Under the pieces are notes generated by a model. That model was not told where the DNA came from and made no database searches. It saw only the letters and a list, made by a program, of their open reading frames with translations. Made by a program: the position numbers and the translations under genes. A DNA stretch of 62,133 bases, the filler included, from Hausera hauseri (taxonomy: Eukaryota): NCBI GenBank assembly GCA_046269625.1. It is 10 parts of 10 records of this genome, joined end to end, with 100 filler letters (N's around TTAATTAATTAA, not from the genome) between each part and the next. Parts side by side here need not be neighbours in the genome. Positions count along the whole stretch, not along the records: positions 43,902 to 50,990 come from JBJURY010038556.1; positions 51,091 to 57,530 come from JBJURY010100876.1; positions 57,631 to 62,133 come from JBJURY010550895.1; 7 more parts are not named here. The stretch is one strand, 5' to 3'. Positions within the stretch are counted from its first letter, which is position 1; the number at the start of each line of letters is the position of its first letter. Shown here in pieces: positions 50,601 through 62,133 of the stretch.

Positions 50601-50990
50601 GAAGCAGCCTATTCAATGGACCGCCAATCTAGTCAGTGCTTTCGATCGCCTCAAAGACAATTTAAAAACTGTGGAAATCCTAGCCTATTCAGACTCCCAT
50701 GCAGAACTTTTCTTAACCACCGATGCATCCGCAACAGCTTCAGGTGCTATCCTCCATCAAGTTAAAAATGGATACCATGAGCCATTGGAATTCTTTTCTC
50801 GAAAATTCACAGCACAAGAGCAAAAATATTCCACCTTTGACCGAGAGTTGCTTGCAATGGTCCTTGCCGTAAAACACTTTAAACATCTCCTAACTGCACG
50901 AACTTTTACCATGCAAACGGACCACAAGCCCTTGCTTCAAATTCTCACCATGAAATCGCCTTCTCCACGTCAGGAGAGGCAAATATCGTA
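47627..50990 (+). mobile_element. CsRn1/Boudicca-like Ty3/gypsy element (leader, gag, protease, RT, RNase H), lightly decayed
   Basis: PBS-like TGGTTACCC at 47627; gag LDKLAELAGKAH and duplicated CHCC motif (YHSKFG..AQKC; CIHHSKFG..AQKC..GC); FLIDTGA; RPCGDYR; YIDD; TTDAS; TDHKPL. Confidence 0.9.
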
Positions 50991-51136
50991 NNNNNNNNNN
51001 NNNNNNNNNNNNNNNNNNNNNNNNNNNNNNNNNNTTAATTAATTAANNNNNNNNNNNNNNNNNNNNNNNNNNNNNNNNNNNNNNNNNNNNCATAATATCA
51101 TTGAGTTAAATTTTAGTTAATTCTACTTATATTTAG

Positions 51137-52418
51137 ATCCTCCAGAATGCATGTTCTGCAGAGTAATCCTCAGCGAGGTGTACAGATTAACACCATGTTT
51201 ACATATGGTTTGTCTATTTTGTATAGAGCGAATTCGATCACAGGCCCATCCTACACCTTATTGCCCTGTTTGTACATATGAAATCAAATATTGTATTCAT
51301 CATGATGTATATCCATCTGATGCTGACCAATCATTACTGGACGCCCAAACCTTCGACGTCATTGAACCAACGGATCATACCACCTATTATTACACTTGGA
51401 ATGTATCAACTCCATTTTCCATTCCAAATTTTCAATTACACGTGTTGCCTATGTCAAAAAACCTAATAGAATAGCTTACCAATTTAACTGTTGTAATGCT
51501 GAGTACTGTGCCCATTGCTATCAACTAGAATCTCATCATCGATATTTAATCTGTAGCATATGATATTTTTGCCCTCAATTCATTTACTCGTATTTTCATC
51601 ATCCTAGAAGAGCTCTCCCTACTATTACTAATGCACCAATTCCTCAAATACTTCCAACAAGATACTTCCGGTTAGAACAAGAAGCATCAGTTCGAATCGA
51701 ATTCCCAATTCATAAATTTGACCCTTCTACATTATCTAGACCACCACCATTTACTTTTCAGACACCCTTACCCCACATAAATGTCATGACTCTTTTACGA
51801 CAACCTTCTTCTATACCACACCCGCGCTACCATCCAGAAAGAGTTACTAGATCGTTGCCTGAATTACCAGTACCTCTACCCGCAATAATACCTACACCAA
51901 CTATTTCTTACAGTCCACCACTATCAGTATCCTTACAGGAAGATTGGTTCCCTGTCTTCAGTAAATGTCCAATCGACCTTATATCTGACCTAGCCCCTCC
52001 TGATCTATGGGCAACATTACAATCTATCTGCTACGATCAACTTCCTACCTATGAATGTACTATATGTCTTACCGAAAGAATAACGATGGTTCAGTTTCAA
52101 TGTAACCAAAAATTATGTGCAACCTGTTTCAATAAACTTCGTTCCCAATCCCTCAAATCAATCAATCCGGAAGATGCCCTCCATATGACCTTCCAAAATG
52201 GCATTTCATGCCCATATTGCCGGCAACAATCAGTATACTACCACTTCTCCTATACCTACGACAACCGTACCCAACGACTATGCCACTGGATGAATCCAGT
52301 AAACGATGCGGCACTGACAATCAGACCCAGAAATCTTAGCTTCATCAATGCCAGTACTCAGAGTGATCCGGAGGACCGAATCCTTCTCAAAAGGGGGAAA
52401 AATGTTGAGATACTTTAA
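51137..52418 (+). pseudogene. Triple-RING-finger protein with a Pro-rich linker, ending on the PPT
   Basis: RING1 CMFC..PCLHMVCLFC..CPVC; RING2-like CCLC..FNCC..YCAHC..ICSI*YFC (across frameshifts at ~51420-51470); RING3 CTIC..QCNQKLCATC..CPYC; ORF ends DPEDRILLKRGKNV over the PPT. Confidence 0.75.
52389..52402 (+). promoter_or_regulatory. Polypurine tract (PPT)
   Basis: AAAAGGGGGAAAAA immediately before TGTTGAGATA. Confidence 0.8.
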
Positions 52419-52478
52419 CAAAGTTGAGACACTTTAAATGTTGAGATACTTTAACAAACTTGAGACACTTTAACAAAC
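52404..52478. repeat. ~19-bp tandem repeat (gttgaga(t/c)actttaacaaa) x4 at the LTR start
   Basis: Directly visible. Confidence 0.9.
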
Positions 52479-52734
52479 ATTTATGTTTAATTAACATTTG
52501 CGTGACTAACAAACATTTTATGATTATTGAACATTTATTGACCATATTTTGAATTGATTATTGTATTGATGTATTAGTGCGTGTATACAATCTTTTATAT
52601 TACTTTCCCACTGTCTTCATTGTTGAGCTCCATTTGATAAGCATTTTCCCATACTGTTATTTGTGAGTAAATTGTTACCCAATCTTTTAGTGGCTGGCCG
52701 AGCAAAAGTGCAAATTATGGAAAGTAGAAACTTC

Positions 52735-52900
52735 AATTCAAAATTAGAATGAAGTAAATATATTAATGCAAATGACGCATATCCTGAGAGCAAATTCAAA
52801 ATTAGAATGAAGTAAATATATTAATGCAAATGATGCATATCCTGAGAGCAAATTCAAAATTAGAATGAAGTAAATATATTAATGCAAATCCTGAGAGCAA
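52735..52900. repeat. 58-bp tandem repeat, ~3 copies, in the LTR U3
   Basis: aattcaaaattagaatgaagtaaatatattaatgcaaatga(c/t)gcatatcctgagagca repeated. Confidence 0.92.
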
Positions 52901-54549
52901 ACTTCAATTCGTAGAAACGTTAATTCAAAAATAGAAGTTGTAAATATATTGATGTAAACGCATACACATCCTGAAGACCTGATGATTTAATGTTGTAAAT
53001 ATAATGAAGCACATTCTGAAAACATAACGGCAATTTCAAAATTACAATAACGAAAATAACTCTGACGTCAAACAGAATAATACAAATACTGTAAATGAAA
53101 ATGAAAATCTTAAAAATAGAAAAGGACATTTTTAAAATCAAATTATGATATGTCACCGGAAAAAACAGAAATTCAGAAATAGAAAATGACACATTATAGC
53201 GTTACAAGAATTAGTATATAAGCAGAGAGTAATTTACGAACACAATTATCATTGATCGTTGATAGAATTCGAAATCATTGTTGGTCAATTGGACAACATT
53301 AATTCAAATAATTTTGAAGAAGGTCAAGACAGGTCGTTCAACAATTACAAGTAAACGATAGCTATTCTAAGTGGTTGTTGAAGAACATTTATTTAGCAAG
53401 ACGAGAAATATACAAATTTCCCATTCGAGATATTCAACCATAGAAATAAAAGAAAATATATATAGTCATCAATTATCACCGAACATTGAAGAATTCCCAT
53501 CTCGCTAACTAGCTGTCACATTGAATCTGAAAACGTTCGCATTATGGCCCAATATTCGTCTAATTACGAAGGAGCAAACGAGGAAGTTTCGAATGGTATA
53601 TTATTTTATATATTCTTATCATTTCCACTTTTGTTCATACCGCCACAAAGTTTGCGTATATAAATTCTGTACTTGTTGTATATTTATAATAAATGTAGTA
53701 ATATCTTAAATGAAGTTTATTATGATTGCGACCACGATTTGTTGAGTTATGATAAAATGGTAATATGATCGAAATTGTGATACGGTGGAGGAACGAGTAA
53801 TTTCATCTATTCTTAGTTCTGTGAAGTTTCCTGTTAATTCTATTATGAAAATATCCGAAGAATGAATATTTGCGATCGAAAGTTTCCCTAACAATTGTAT
53901 TTATTACAGATGGTAATTATAGAACAATTGAGTTAATTGATAGGCCATGTGGAAGTATTCATGGGTCGATTTATGTTATCAGGATATTTTATCAATACCG
54001 AGAGTTATTTTTATTGTTTCAATTTGGATCGGAATAATTATATCCACCCGACGAAGGTAGAGAATTTATTAATGTCGAATTCAATCTTCATATTAACTCG
54101 TGATGATGTATATATCATAATAGGGGGTAATGTATCTGAAAGACGATCGATGTTTTTTGATCATACCAAGCTAGTACATTGACTAACTTAACTTCTGATA
54201 ATTCTGACGATTCATATTGGTTTTATAGCTGTACAGTAATGGTATTTGATTGAAAGCAGACTTCTTTGGTATCGGAGATTCTGTACTGAACCAATTGATA
54301 GTTTTGAAGGAAACGACCGGGTATTAGATGTAATTTGTGATTATATTTACAGAGGAGTTTTATCGTAATTTATGACCTTGGAAGAAATTTACAATACTAA
54401 ATGAAATGTTATACTGATTTTACAAATTAAGAAATAAAATGGAAGATTGTTTTAATAATCATCGTAATAAATATATTATTAATATTCTTTAAAATGACAT
54501 ATATTACAACCATACTACATGAGTAGTTATGTGACGTACAATGTGCAGA

Positions 54550-54855
54550 CTTAGTGAAGAGATATACTCGTATAATGGAGCTCACAGGTGTGCACATTCC
54601 CCTATATCTCAATAGATTTGTGTATATAAATTTGTATGTGGTAGATAACCATTATTGGAATTGACAAATAGACTTATTCACTAATTGAAGGATCACTGGG
54701 ATACTCACGTATAATGTACAAACTTGTTAAGAAGTATACTCGCATAATAGGGCCCACATGTATGCACCTTCACCCATATCTCAATAAATTTGTATATGGT
54801 AGACGGAATTGACGAATGATTTTATTCATCAATCGAAGGATCACTAGGATACCCA
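54550..54855. repeat. Diverged ~160-bp direct duplication within the LTR
   Basis: tatactcg(t/c)ataat..tgcac..tatctcaata..gaaggatcact(g/a)ggatac occurs twice. Confidence 0.75.
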
Positions 54856-55202
54856 AATGAATGAGAATGTTTATAATTTATAAAGTAGATGTTATAAAGG
54901 GACATCAGAGGACGGCATATGATTCTTAGAGAATTGGTACTTTGACGGACGACCTACGAATCTTAGAAAACTGGTTGTTTTAATAGAAAATAGATAAAAT
55001 TAAAGGAGATAAACCCGTCACACTAAAAGAAATAACAAGAATTAAATGGCCGAAACTAAATATTTGATAACTAATAATTAACCTATAGGAATGTTAAGTC
55101 TGGACAATAGATGTTATGAGTACGCCTTCAGAGAGACTCGAATTTATATGTGGGTACATAGCTAAGGTTTGGAACATTAACCCCTGTATCCAACATATAA
55201 AC

Positions 55203-55220
55203 TGGTGCCCCGAGTGAGGA
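55203..55220 (+). promoter_or_regulatory. Primer-binding site complementary to the 3' end of elongator tRNA-Met
   Basis: TGGTGCCCCGAGTGAGGA; animal elongator tRNA-Met ends ..TCCTCACACGGGGCACCA (from memory, 17/18 complementary). Confidence 0.85.
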
Positions 55221-55305
55221 CACCTTTCACTATATAAGAAAGGATTGTGACTGACAAAATAATTGATAATTTTAGGAGAAATTTTACTTGGATTTTGAAA
55301 TTTAG

Positions 55306-55595
55306 ACAATAGATACGGACCAGTGCAATGTGAAATTTGCTTCGGACCACTGGGCAGGCACTATGCACTATTACTGTGCACACATATTATGTGTGTCAAT
55401 TGCGCGGACCGTTGGCTATCGAAGAGCCAAACGTGTCCTTTTTGCCGAAGGAAAATAAGCTCATACCAGTGTCGGGGAGCCACCGTGGTGGTGATTCCAG
55501 ATGATGAAGAAAATGAGCAAGAAAATGAAATGGAGGAGGACCCGAATGAGCTCTATGTGTTAGGACCAAATCAACTTGTACAAATGCCTATTTGA
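55306..55595 (+). CDS. Small RING-HC protein with acidic tail (no in-frame ATG before the RING; probably spliced)
   Basis: CEIC..LCTHIMCVNC..CPFCR; in-frame stop at 55296. Confidence 0.75.
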
Positions 55596-55837
55596 TTGTG
55601 TATTAAATATAGATTGTATAAAACGGAGTTATGGGCTGACAATTTTTGAAGCTGTTTAAGTTAGAACGAGTGATGAATTAGTCGATTTAAACGAACAATA
55701 CGTGTATGTCTCAAGTTTCCTTAGGAAGCGGTCTGCAAACCATGAGCGGGGTAAAAAGGAGGGAAATGATAAATAATACTGGTTTAATAAATTAAAGTCT
55801 AAGGAAATGGATAAGAATTAAATAATATTGATTTCAG

Positions 55838-56547
55838 GTTGCGTTATATGCCAGAGGTTTCCGGGATTCAAGAAAATACAAAAGAGAAAATTAACTTTCA
55901 ACGGAAAAAGAGAGATCGAACATTTAGCGGAAGAAGGACTAATATTGATATCTAAGAAAGAAAAAAAGTATGTCAAATGTACTATATGCTTACAAGAAAC
56001 GTATTGGTTAGAAAACCTTGATCAACGATTTCCAAAAATATTACATAACAACAAGTGCGAATACTTAGTAAATAGAATTTTCGACAAACATTCCAAGAGA
56101 CAATGCAGAATACAATTCAATATCGGAGAACTATATGAATGTTATCAAGATAGTCCAGTAGCAACATCAGTACTATCAAGACATCCTATCAAACAAGAAA
56201 ATATATTACAGTATATCAAACATCGGACGGAAACTCAGCCAGACTGGTCGCCAAACGTATTCGAATTATGTCAGAATTTAAATTTTATCCCTCCAGAGAA
56301 AGAAAGAGAACCTGAGCGAAATATTCTTGACAATCTTTACCTTCGTGATTTGGAATGCGTGATCTGCTATGTGGATGTAGCACAAGTCATTTTCTTACCT
56401 TGTGGTCATCTGAAAACATGCGAGAAATGTTCAAACCAAACGATGAATTGTCCAGTTTGTAGGAGTATTATAGAAAGACAAGTGACGTATTTTCAGTTTT
56501 CAGAGGAAATTAGCGAAATAACTTTGGCAGATATGGACCTTGATTAA
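55838..56547 (+). CDS. IAP-like protein: divergent BIR plus C-terminal IAP-type RING
   Basis: RKLTF..LAEEGL..VKCTIC..W..H..CEYL (Cx2Cx18Hx3C); CVIC..FLPCGH..CEKC..CPVCR. Confidence 0.78.
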
Positions 56548-56628
56548 TAATTAATATAAATTTATTTGAATAAATATTATTTAGTTTGTATGAATTTGCT
56601 GTGATAAAGTTAAATAAACTTATTGTAG

Positions 56629-57137
56629 AACCATCGGTTATCAACAGTATGACTCTAGCCAACCTTAATGAGTGGGCAGTTCAAGTAATGACGATAAAGA
56701 ATCAACCACCTAAATTAGCATATGAATGGTACAGATTGTATAATAACCCATTACTCGACAGGATAATCGAGTTGGGATATTCTAAACATTTGACGATGAT
56801 CGCTATCAAAACTGATGAGAATGCAGAATATGAAACATTGCCCAAGATAATTACTGATATATACCTGATGCAGCTAATGGATGGTGATTATTATCACGGA
56901 GTTCAATGCTTGATTTCGATATTAAAAGAAAAAGAGGAAGAAGTAAAAGAGAGATGTATAGATCTTACCCGTACAGTTTGGATCTGTATAAATTGTAGGA
57001 AAAATCAAGCAAACATAACTTACCTACCGTGTGGACATATTTTTCATTGTAAAAAATGCACTTCTGCACACTCGCTGAATCCGACATGTGTTATGTGCAA
57101 ACTGCCTATAAATGAAGCGTGTACTGTATATATATAA
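56629..57137 (+). CDS. IAP-derived UBA-like plus RING protein
   Basis: NPLLDRIIELGYS..YETLPKIITD resembles the XIAP/cIAP UBA; CINC..YLPCGH..CKKC..CVMC..VYI is an IAP-type C-terminal RING. Confidence 0.72.
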
Positions 57138-57294
57138 TAAAATGGATAATGTTCTAATCTTTTTTAATAACAATGGCGCAGGAACATCAGTACAATACTC
57201 GATCCCGAGGACGATTAACACAGGGTCAATCAACAGCAATCAATGAGATTGATTTAGATGAGGAAATCTTAGCCCTACTAATAGTTCAGATACT

Positions 57295-57530
57295 ATGAGT
57301 ATAACATCTGCTCCGGGAACGCTAATTGACATAGATTCATTACAATTATCTCCCTCACCAGTAAACTATCAATGGACAAGAGGAGTTAATGGTCGACGAA
57401 GACCATCTCGAGAACAATACCGTAGCACATTTAATTCACGACAATTGACGCAAAGAATAACTAATCAGGAATTAGAATGTCGAACACGTTATGAAATACA
57501 TAATGTAAAAGTAAATGATTTAAGATCAAG
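57295..57530 (+). CDS. Start of a further ORF of unknown function (accessory protein or gag), cut by the contig end
   Basis: Open from ATG 57295 to the contig edge; preceded by ctaat..ttcag. Confidence 0.4.
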
Positions 57531-57630
57531 NNNNNNNNNNNNNNNNNNNNNNNNNNNNNNNNNNNNNNNNNNNNTTAATTAATTAANNNNNNNNNNNNNN
57601 NNNNNNNNNNNNNNNNNNNNNNNNNNNNNN

Positions 57631-57747
57631 CATAAGAGTGCAGTCCTAGGAACAGCTAAGATACTGCGAAGAACCCTCAAGCTCCCAGGCCTCTGGTAGA
57701 GGACCCGAGGTCGAGATGGAAAAAGAACCACCCACAAAAAGGGAAGT
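57631..57747 (+). mobile_element. 3' end of an R4/Dong-like (RLE) non-LTR retrotransposon
   Basis: Frame 1 reads HKSAVLGTAKILRRTLKLPGLW*, the (Q)KSAxLGTAxILRxxL terminus of this clade. Confidence 0.7.
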
Positions 57748-59379
57748 NNNNNNNNNNNNNNNNNNNNNNNNNNNNNNNNNNNNNNNNNNNNNNNNNNNNN
57801 NNNNNNNNNNNNNNNNNNNNNNNNNNNNNNNNNNNNNNNNNNNNNNNNNNNNNNNNNNNNNNNNNNNNNNNNNNNNNNNNNNNNNNNNNNNNNNNNNAAA
57901 TAAATGATGGTAGGTAATATGCACATATTATCTGTAGTGCTTACTGCATTTCACTGACATTGACCTTATAAATAATTATGCTAACTACTTACCACAAACT
58001 AATACAGGTCACTGCTAGTTGTTTAATGTAGACAGAATATGCGATATACTAAATTTGAAAATTTACAAAAATCATGTCCAATACTGTCACTTCTGCATAT
58101 CGTTAACAGCGTAATTTTACTTTGTTTTCTGTAATGGAAAGATGTTATTAAAATTATTAAATGCTTTTTTTTTCATTACTGTAACCAGATCTCTTTAGAC
58201 TACCTAATATTTTACATACGTAACTCATTAACACCAACAAAATAAAATTCTACTATTCCTTACATATACATACTATTTCATATTCTTTTAATATTTTAAT
58301 TATAGCAATAAACCTGAAATTTTGTATTGCTCAATCTGCCCGCTGTTTTAAATATGCGTGTTCGAAATTGTGAGCAAAATGCAATTCTGCACTTATTCTA
58401 ACTTTTAACATTTTTACGCGTCAATTTCAATTTTACAAAATTATTATGGTTAACAATTACAACTATTTTGTTTATTCCTGTCAATGTGCAACTTTATATA
58501 TTACACATTAAATATAATTAAAGGCTATACTAAAAAAAATTTTTTTTGTTATACCGTGCCCTCTTCAGGTTCTTCGGAATACCTTTTTTTAGAATTCAAT
58601 AAGTATTCGTTCGAGAATTGCATAATATGCGTTTTCATTTATTGGTTTCCGTAAATACATGGCTACGCTCGTCAGTGAGTTCAAGTTGTATCAAAACAAA
58701 ATGGATATTCTTTGAACCACTTTGGTGTTTATTTACAAATTTTAGCTTTATGTAAGTATGCCGTTAAAAGAAAATTTTAACTATTATAAAAAAATAATTT
58801 AATCCAAGAATGAATATGGCGAAGTCGTGTAAGTAACAACACAGTAGTGAGTACATATTAATGGAATATTTAAAATTGCAAAAAAATGAGAGCTATTGAC
58901 ACAATCCTTAAAAATAATAATAAATTTATGTAGTAATCTATTAGTAAATATTCAAAATAATTCATGCACATCCGCGAAGATACCAAATAAGTGCCACGCG
59001 TCTTCGGTTTAAAAAATTTTGACCTTCTTTACTATATGGTTCATTTAAATGATGTCAAAAATTACAAAATTTTGCCGTATATTAAATAAATACAAAATAA
59101 ACAATAATTTAACAGATTATGAATTTGGCCAAGATTACACAAATAATAAATTATTATTTCAATATTTTTGATTCCACTTTGGTGTTGCAGTAATAAGTAA
59201 CAAATTCAAAAATGTGTACATAAAACCAAATTATTAAATTTATACTGAGATATATTTAAGGTTGATCCATTTATGTGTGAAGTGCCGCAATATATGTCAT
59301 ATCACGGAATCATAAATCTCAGATAAATAGTGTTTGTTTTAAATAACTGATCTTCGGAATAATAAATAAATGTTTGAAA

Positions 59380-59481
59380 ATTATAGAAATAATTGTTAAT
59401 GCTCGTTTGGGTAAGAAAGTTCGTGTAAAGTGCAAATTTGATGATACCATTGGTGATTTGAAAAATCTCATCGCTGCACAG
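59380..59481 (+). pseudogene. UBL5: Ubiquitin-like protein 5 (Hub1) N-terminal fragment
   Basis: [33 protein letters not shown] vs UBL5 [33 protein letters not shown]; no ATG and no C-terminal half. Confidence 0.85.
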
Positions 59482-59484
59482 TTT

Positions 59485-60195
59485 CGAATGATTTATTATT
59501 TCACTCTTCATCAGATGTTCACAGTTATTTTCATTATTTTACGGATCGTCTATTATTAGCAGTAAAAGTTATTCAGGCGTTTATTGCGGATAGTCTTTAT
59601 CAAAATGGATTCAAACGAAGGATGTTTTGTCTTTGTGAAGATGTGATTGTTTTTCAGTCAACACATTCTCTGAAAACATGCTTCAATGCAACCGATAAAC
59701 AATTATCGAGACTATTCGCCAATGAAATTCACCAAAAATATCCTGACTTCACAAACCAAAATTGATCGTATTTCTATCATTTGCTAAATATGAATTGGCC
59801 AAGAGAGAATTATCGCAGTCTCATAAAGATCTTAAATTGACAAAAGACCATTGTTTATTGGTATTTGGTGGATTGGCGCTGATGGACACGGGAATTTATA
59901 CACGTTTCCCAATTCAGTTGACTTTATTGCCGTTCATTTCAGTTTGTTTTTGTTAATTACCGATTAAAAGTCGAATTTGACACGTCGTGCATCAAATGTT
60001 CAATAAACGTTGGTGAAGCGTGAATATTACGCAGTGGTATTCTGCAGAAACGATTGCCAGTATGATCTATGTTTTGGGAACATTAATGCAAAATTGGATC
60101 GTTGGCCGGTGCGTAATGACATTGTTGTTTATGATCAACGTTCGAATGGTGGACAGTCATTAGTGGGTCATTTGTTACTAACGGATGTTTTATGA
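59485..60195 (+). pseudogene. Decayed YIL108W-like putative zinc metallopeptidase fragment
   Basis: [37 protein letters not shown] / IVFLSFAKY..KDHCLLVFGGLALMDTG; frameshifts; no intact HEXXH. Confidence 0.45.
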
Positions 60196-62133
60196 ACTTG
60201 CCGGTTTCTATAACGATTATTATATTTTGAAGGGTAAATTTTGAATTTTTAAAAGAATAATTTTATTCTGTATAGATGTATTTTATTAAGCTAAAATGTT
60301 ACCGATTTGAAAAATTTTCTATCAGATTCCAATCGAGATTCCCGAGTCATTGTTGTGCAAACAAACATAAACTGTTCGACGAGGATTTTGTGACACCATC
60401 TGAATTCTTGGTGGAAACGACATAATCGAAATTCGTTGGAGAAATGAAAATTCAGTAACATACCGTCAACAGTTTGAGAAAGTTCCACATAATGACCGCA
60501 TTGAATTTACACGTGACACAGGGAATTGATACGAAATTATGTATTTGCTGAATAATTGTCATCTCCTTATCATATTGTAGACTCCGTTGCAAAAGAGGGG
60601 TGAGCGGACGATCCAAATAGGTGATTATCATCGATAGTTTTATGGACGTACAATTCCGACTGTCGATGAAGGTCCAAAAACAGTACTCGATCATTTGTTA
60701 CATGGATCACAACGAGATGCAATGAGTCGATAGTATGTGGAAAAATACAAAACAACACGTCATCAATATCAGTATGGATGGAGTTGAACGTCCGTTTATT
60801 CCATCACGGAATTTCCTTCGTATACCTGTGATGAATAATTTTGCTAATAAAATAACTCAGTATTTCTCATTGGCATTTGATTTTCTTGGTGGGTTGCAGT
60901 TTGTATGTATGTAGAAATGTGTGGGTGTATGTTATTGTGTGTTACATTTACATTCCATAGTTAAATTAGATTTTATTGATTTAGTTATTCAATTTTATTT
61001 GTTTTAGCACATTTAGATTTTATCGAAAATTTGTTTTTTAATGGAAATAAAAATGAATCAATCTTTACTTGGCATTAATGGATTTATTTGTTCTAAAGTT
61101 TTCGAAGTATGGTTGTTTCGTATGGAAAATTGTCAAATAGATTTTAAAATTTTTTTAGTTGACCAGGTTTGAAAGGATTGAAATTTTTAACGAGTTATGA
61201 GTTATCAAAGTAATAAACAATAACTCTCTGTTGGTACAAGCCGTACTGGATTAAGATGCAGTATAGTAATTGGGGAAGCTGGAGTATTGATTTGATCACA
61301 ATTGACTAAGCCTTATTCCAACAACAGATTGGAAGTTGATTTAAGAAATATCAATAGAGTGGTTTATTAAATATTTTAACAAAGTGTACTATATAGAAGT
61401 ACAAACAGAAAGATTTTTAATGATTAAACATGACTGACTTTTTGTTAATTTTTTATTTTAATTCAAGTGATAACGAGTGTTGTGCTTTTTCACTTTTATT
61501 CTACAAAGTAAAAATATGAAAGTAAACCATTTCAAAACTCGGAAATTTGGGTTACGTATCTAAAAAACTGTAGTCGTGCAATTTTACATCAAATATTTAC
61601 AAATCTACAGAATTTCTACCACTTATCAGAAATTAAGTATTAAAAAATGTTTGCAGCTGTACTGAATACATCAACTACACATCAGAAATAGAATGTTTAA
61701 TAAATATTAATTAATTCTACAGGATTTCAACTACATATTGGAAATCAATTATTGAATAAATATTTGCTTATACAGAATATATCAACTACATATTAGAAAT
61801 TAAATACCAAATGAATGTCATGTAATTGTATTGAATTATCCCGGGTCACGGCACCAAAAAATGCTACAATTATTTGTAAGCATTTTATTTTGAATGGAAT
61901 TATCTAAAGGTTGGTTCGATGGTGGTTCGGTAAACTCTTGTGTTTACCTGCACCTTCATCATTTTCTGAATTACAAATTTTTATTAAACAAACAAGATAC
62001 AAAGAATGAAGCGGCGTATACATATTTATTTATTTTAATTACAATAAATTTCATTCAAAAAATAAACAGATAATTAATAATTTTTTACTTACCCATGGGA
62101 TTTTCATGATAGTTCGGAGTGTCCTGTTGTTGG

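Larger units (their letters stand above)
52403..55195 (+). mobile_element. Long terminal repeat (~2.8 kb)
   Basis: Begins TGTTGAGATA after the PPT and ends TATCCAACA (TGTTG..CAACA inverted termini) 7 nt before a PBS; non-coding, with internal tandem repeats and a TATA-like TATATAA at ~53215. Confidence 0.8.

Noticed and set aside
51137-57290. Flatworm spliced-leader trans-splicing supplying the missing ATG
   Set aside because: A leader ending in AUG needs phase-0 acceptors; the candidates found are all phase 1.
51091-57530. Baculovirus/nudivirus fragment (because of the IAP and RING genes)
   Set aside because: No core DNA-virus genes are present; the PPT-LTR-PBS structure explains the layout better.
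60291-60830. Coding-like minus-strand fragments
   Set aside because: They may be exon remnants, but no family could be assigned with support.

Overview
This window is an artificial concatenation of ten unrelated contigs. They are joined by 100-nt spacers (N44-TTAATTAATTAA-N44) at 4466, 9585, 17649, 24279, 28727, 33722, 43802, 50991 and 57531, so nothing should be inferred across these joins. One contig (4566-9584) is bacterial and GC-rich, carrying an autotransporter and an alpha/beta hydrolase lipoprotein. The others look like AT-rich invertebrate DNA with ~50-nt introns; a flatworm-like host is a guess. They hold an apparently intact NSD-family H3K36 methyltransferase gene, a full-length decayed piggyBac, mariner, LINE, hAT-MITE and Polinton-like remnants, host-gene fragments, and several Ty3/gypsy elements. 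Three retroelements stand out. (1) 33822-43801 is a gypsy element with a chuvirus/gB-like (class III) glycoprotein directly UPSTREAM of protease-RT-RNaseH-integrase. Downstream of integrase it has a second FN3-like type I membrane protein and a DEDDh/REX4-like exonuclease ORF. (2) 51091-57530 is a PPT / 2.8-kb LTR / tRNA-Met PBS junction flanked by RING and IAP-like (BIR-RING, UBA-RING) ORFs, each preceded by a same-phase splice acceptor. (3) 9685-17648 is a gypsy element with an open F-type (furin-cleaved, class I) env. Family assignments come from motif recognition by eye; no database searches were run.
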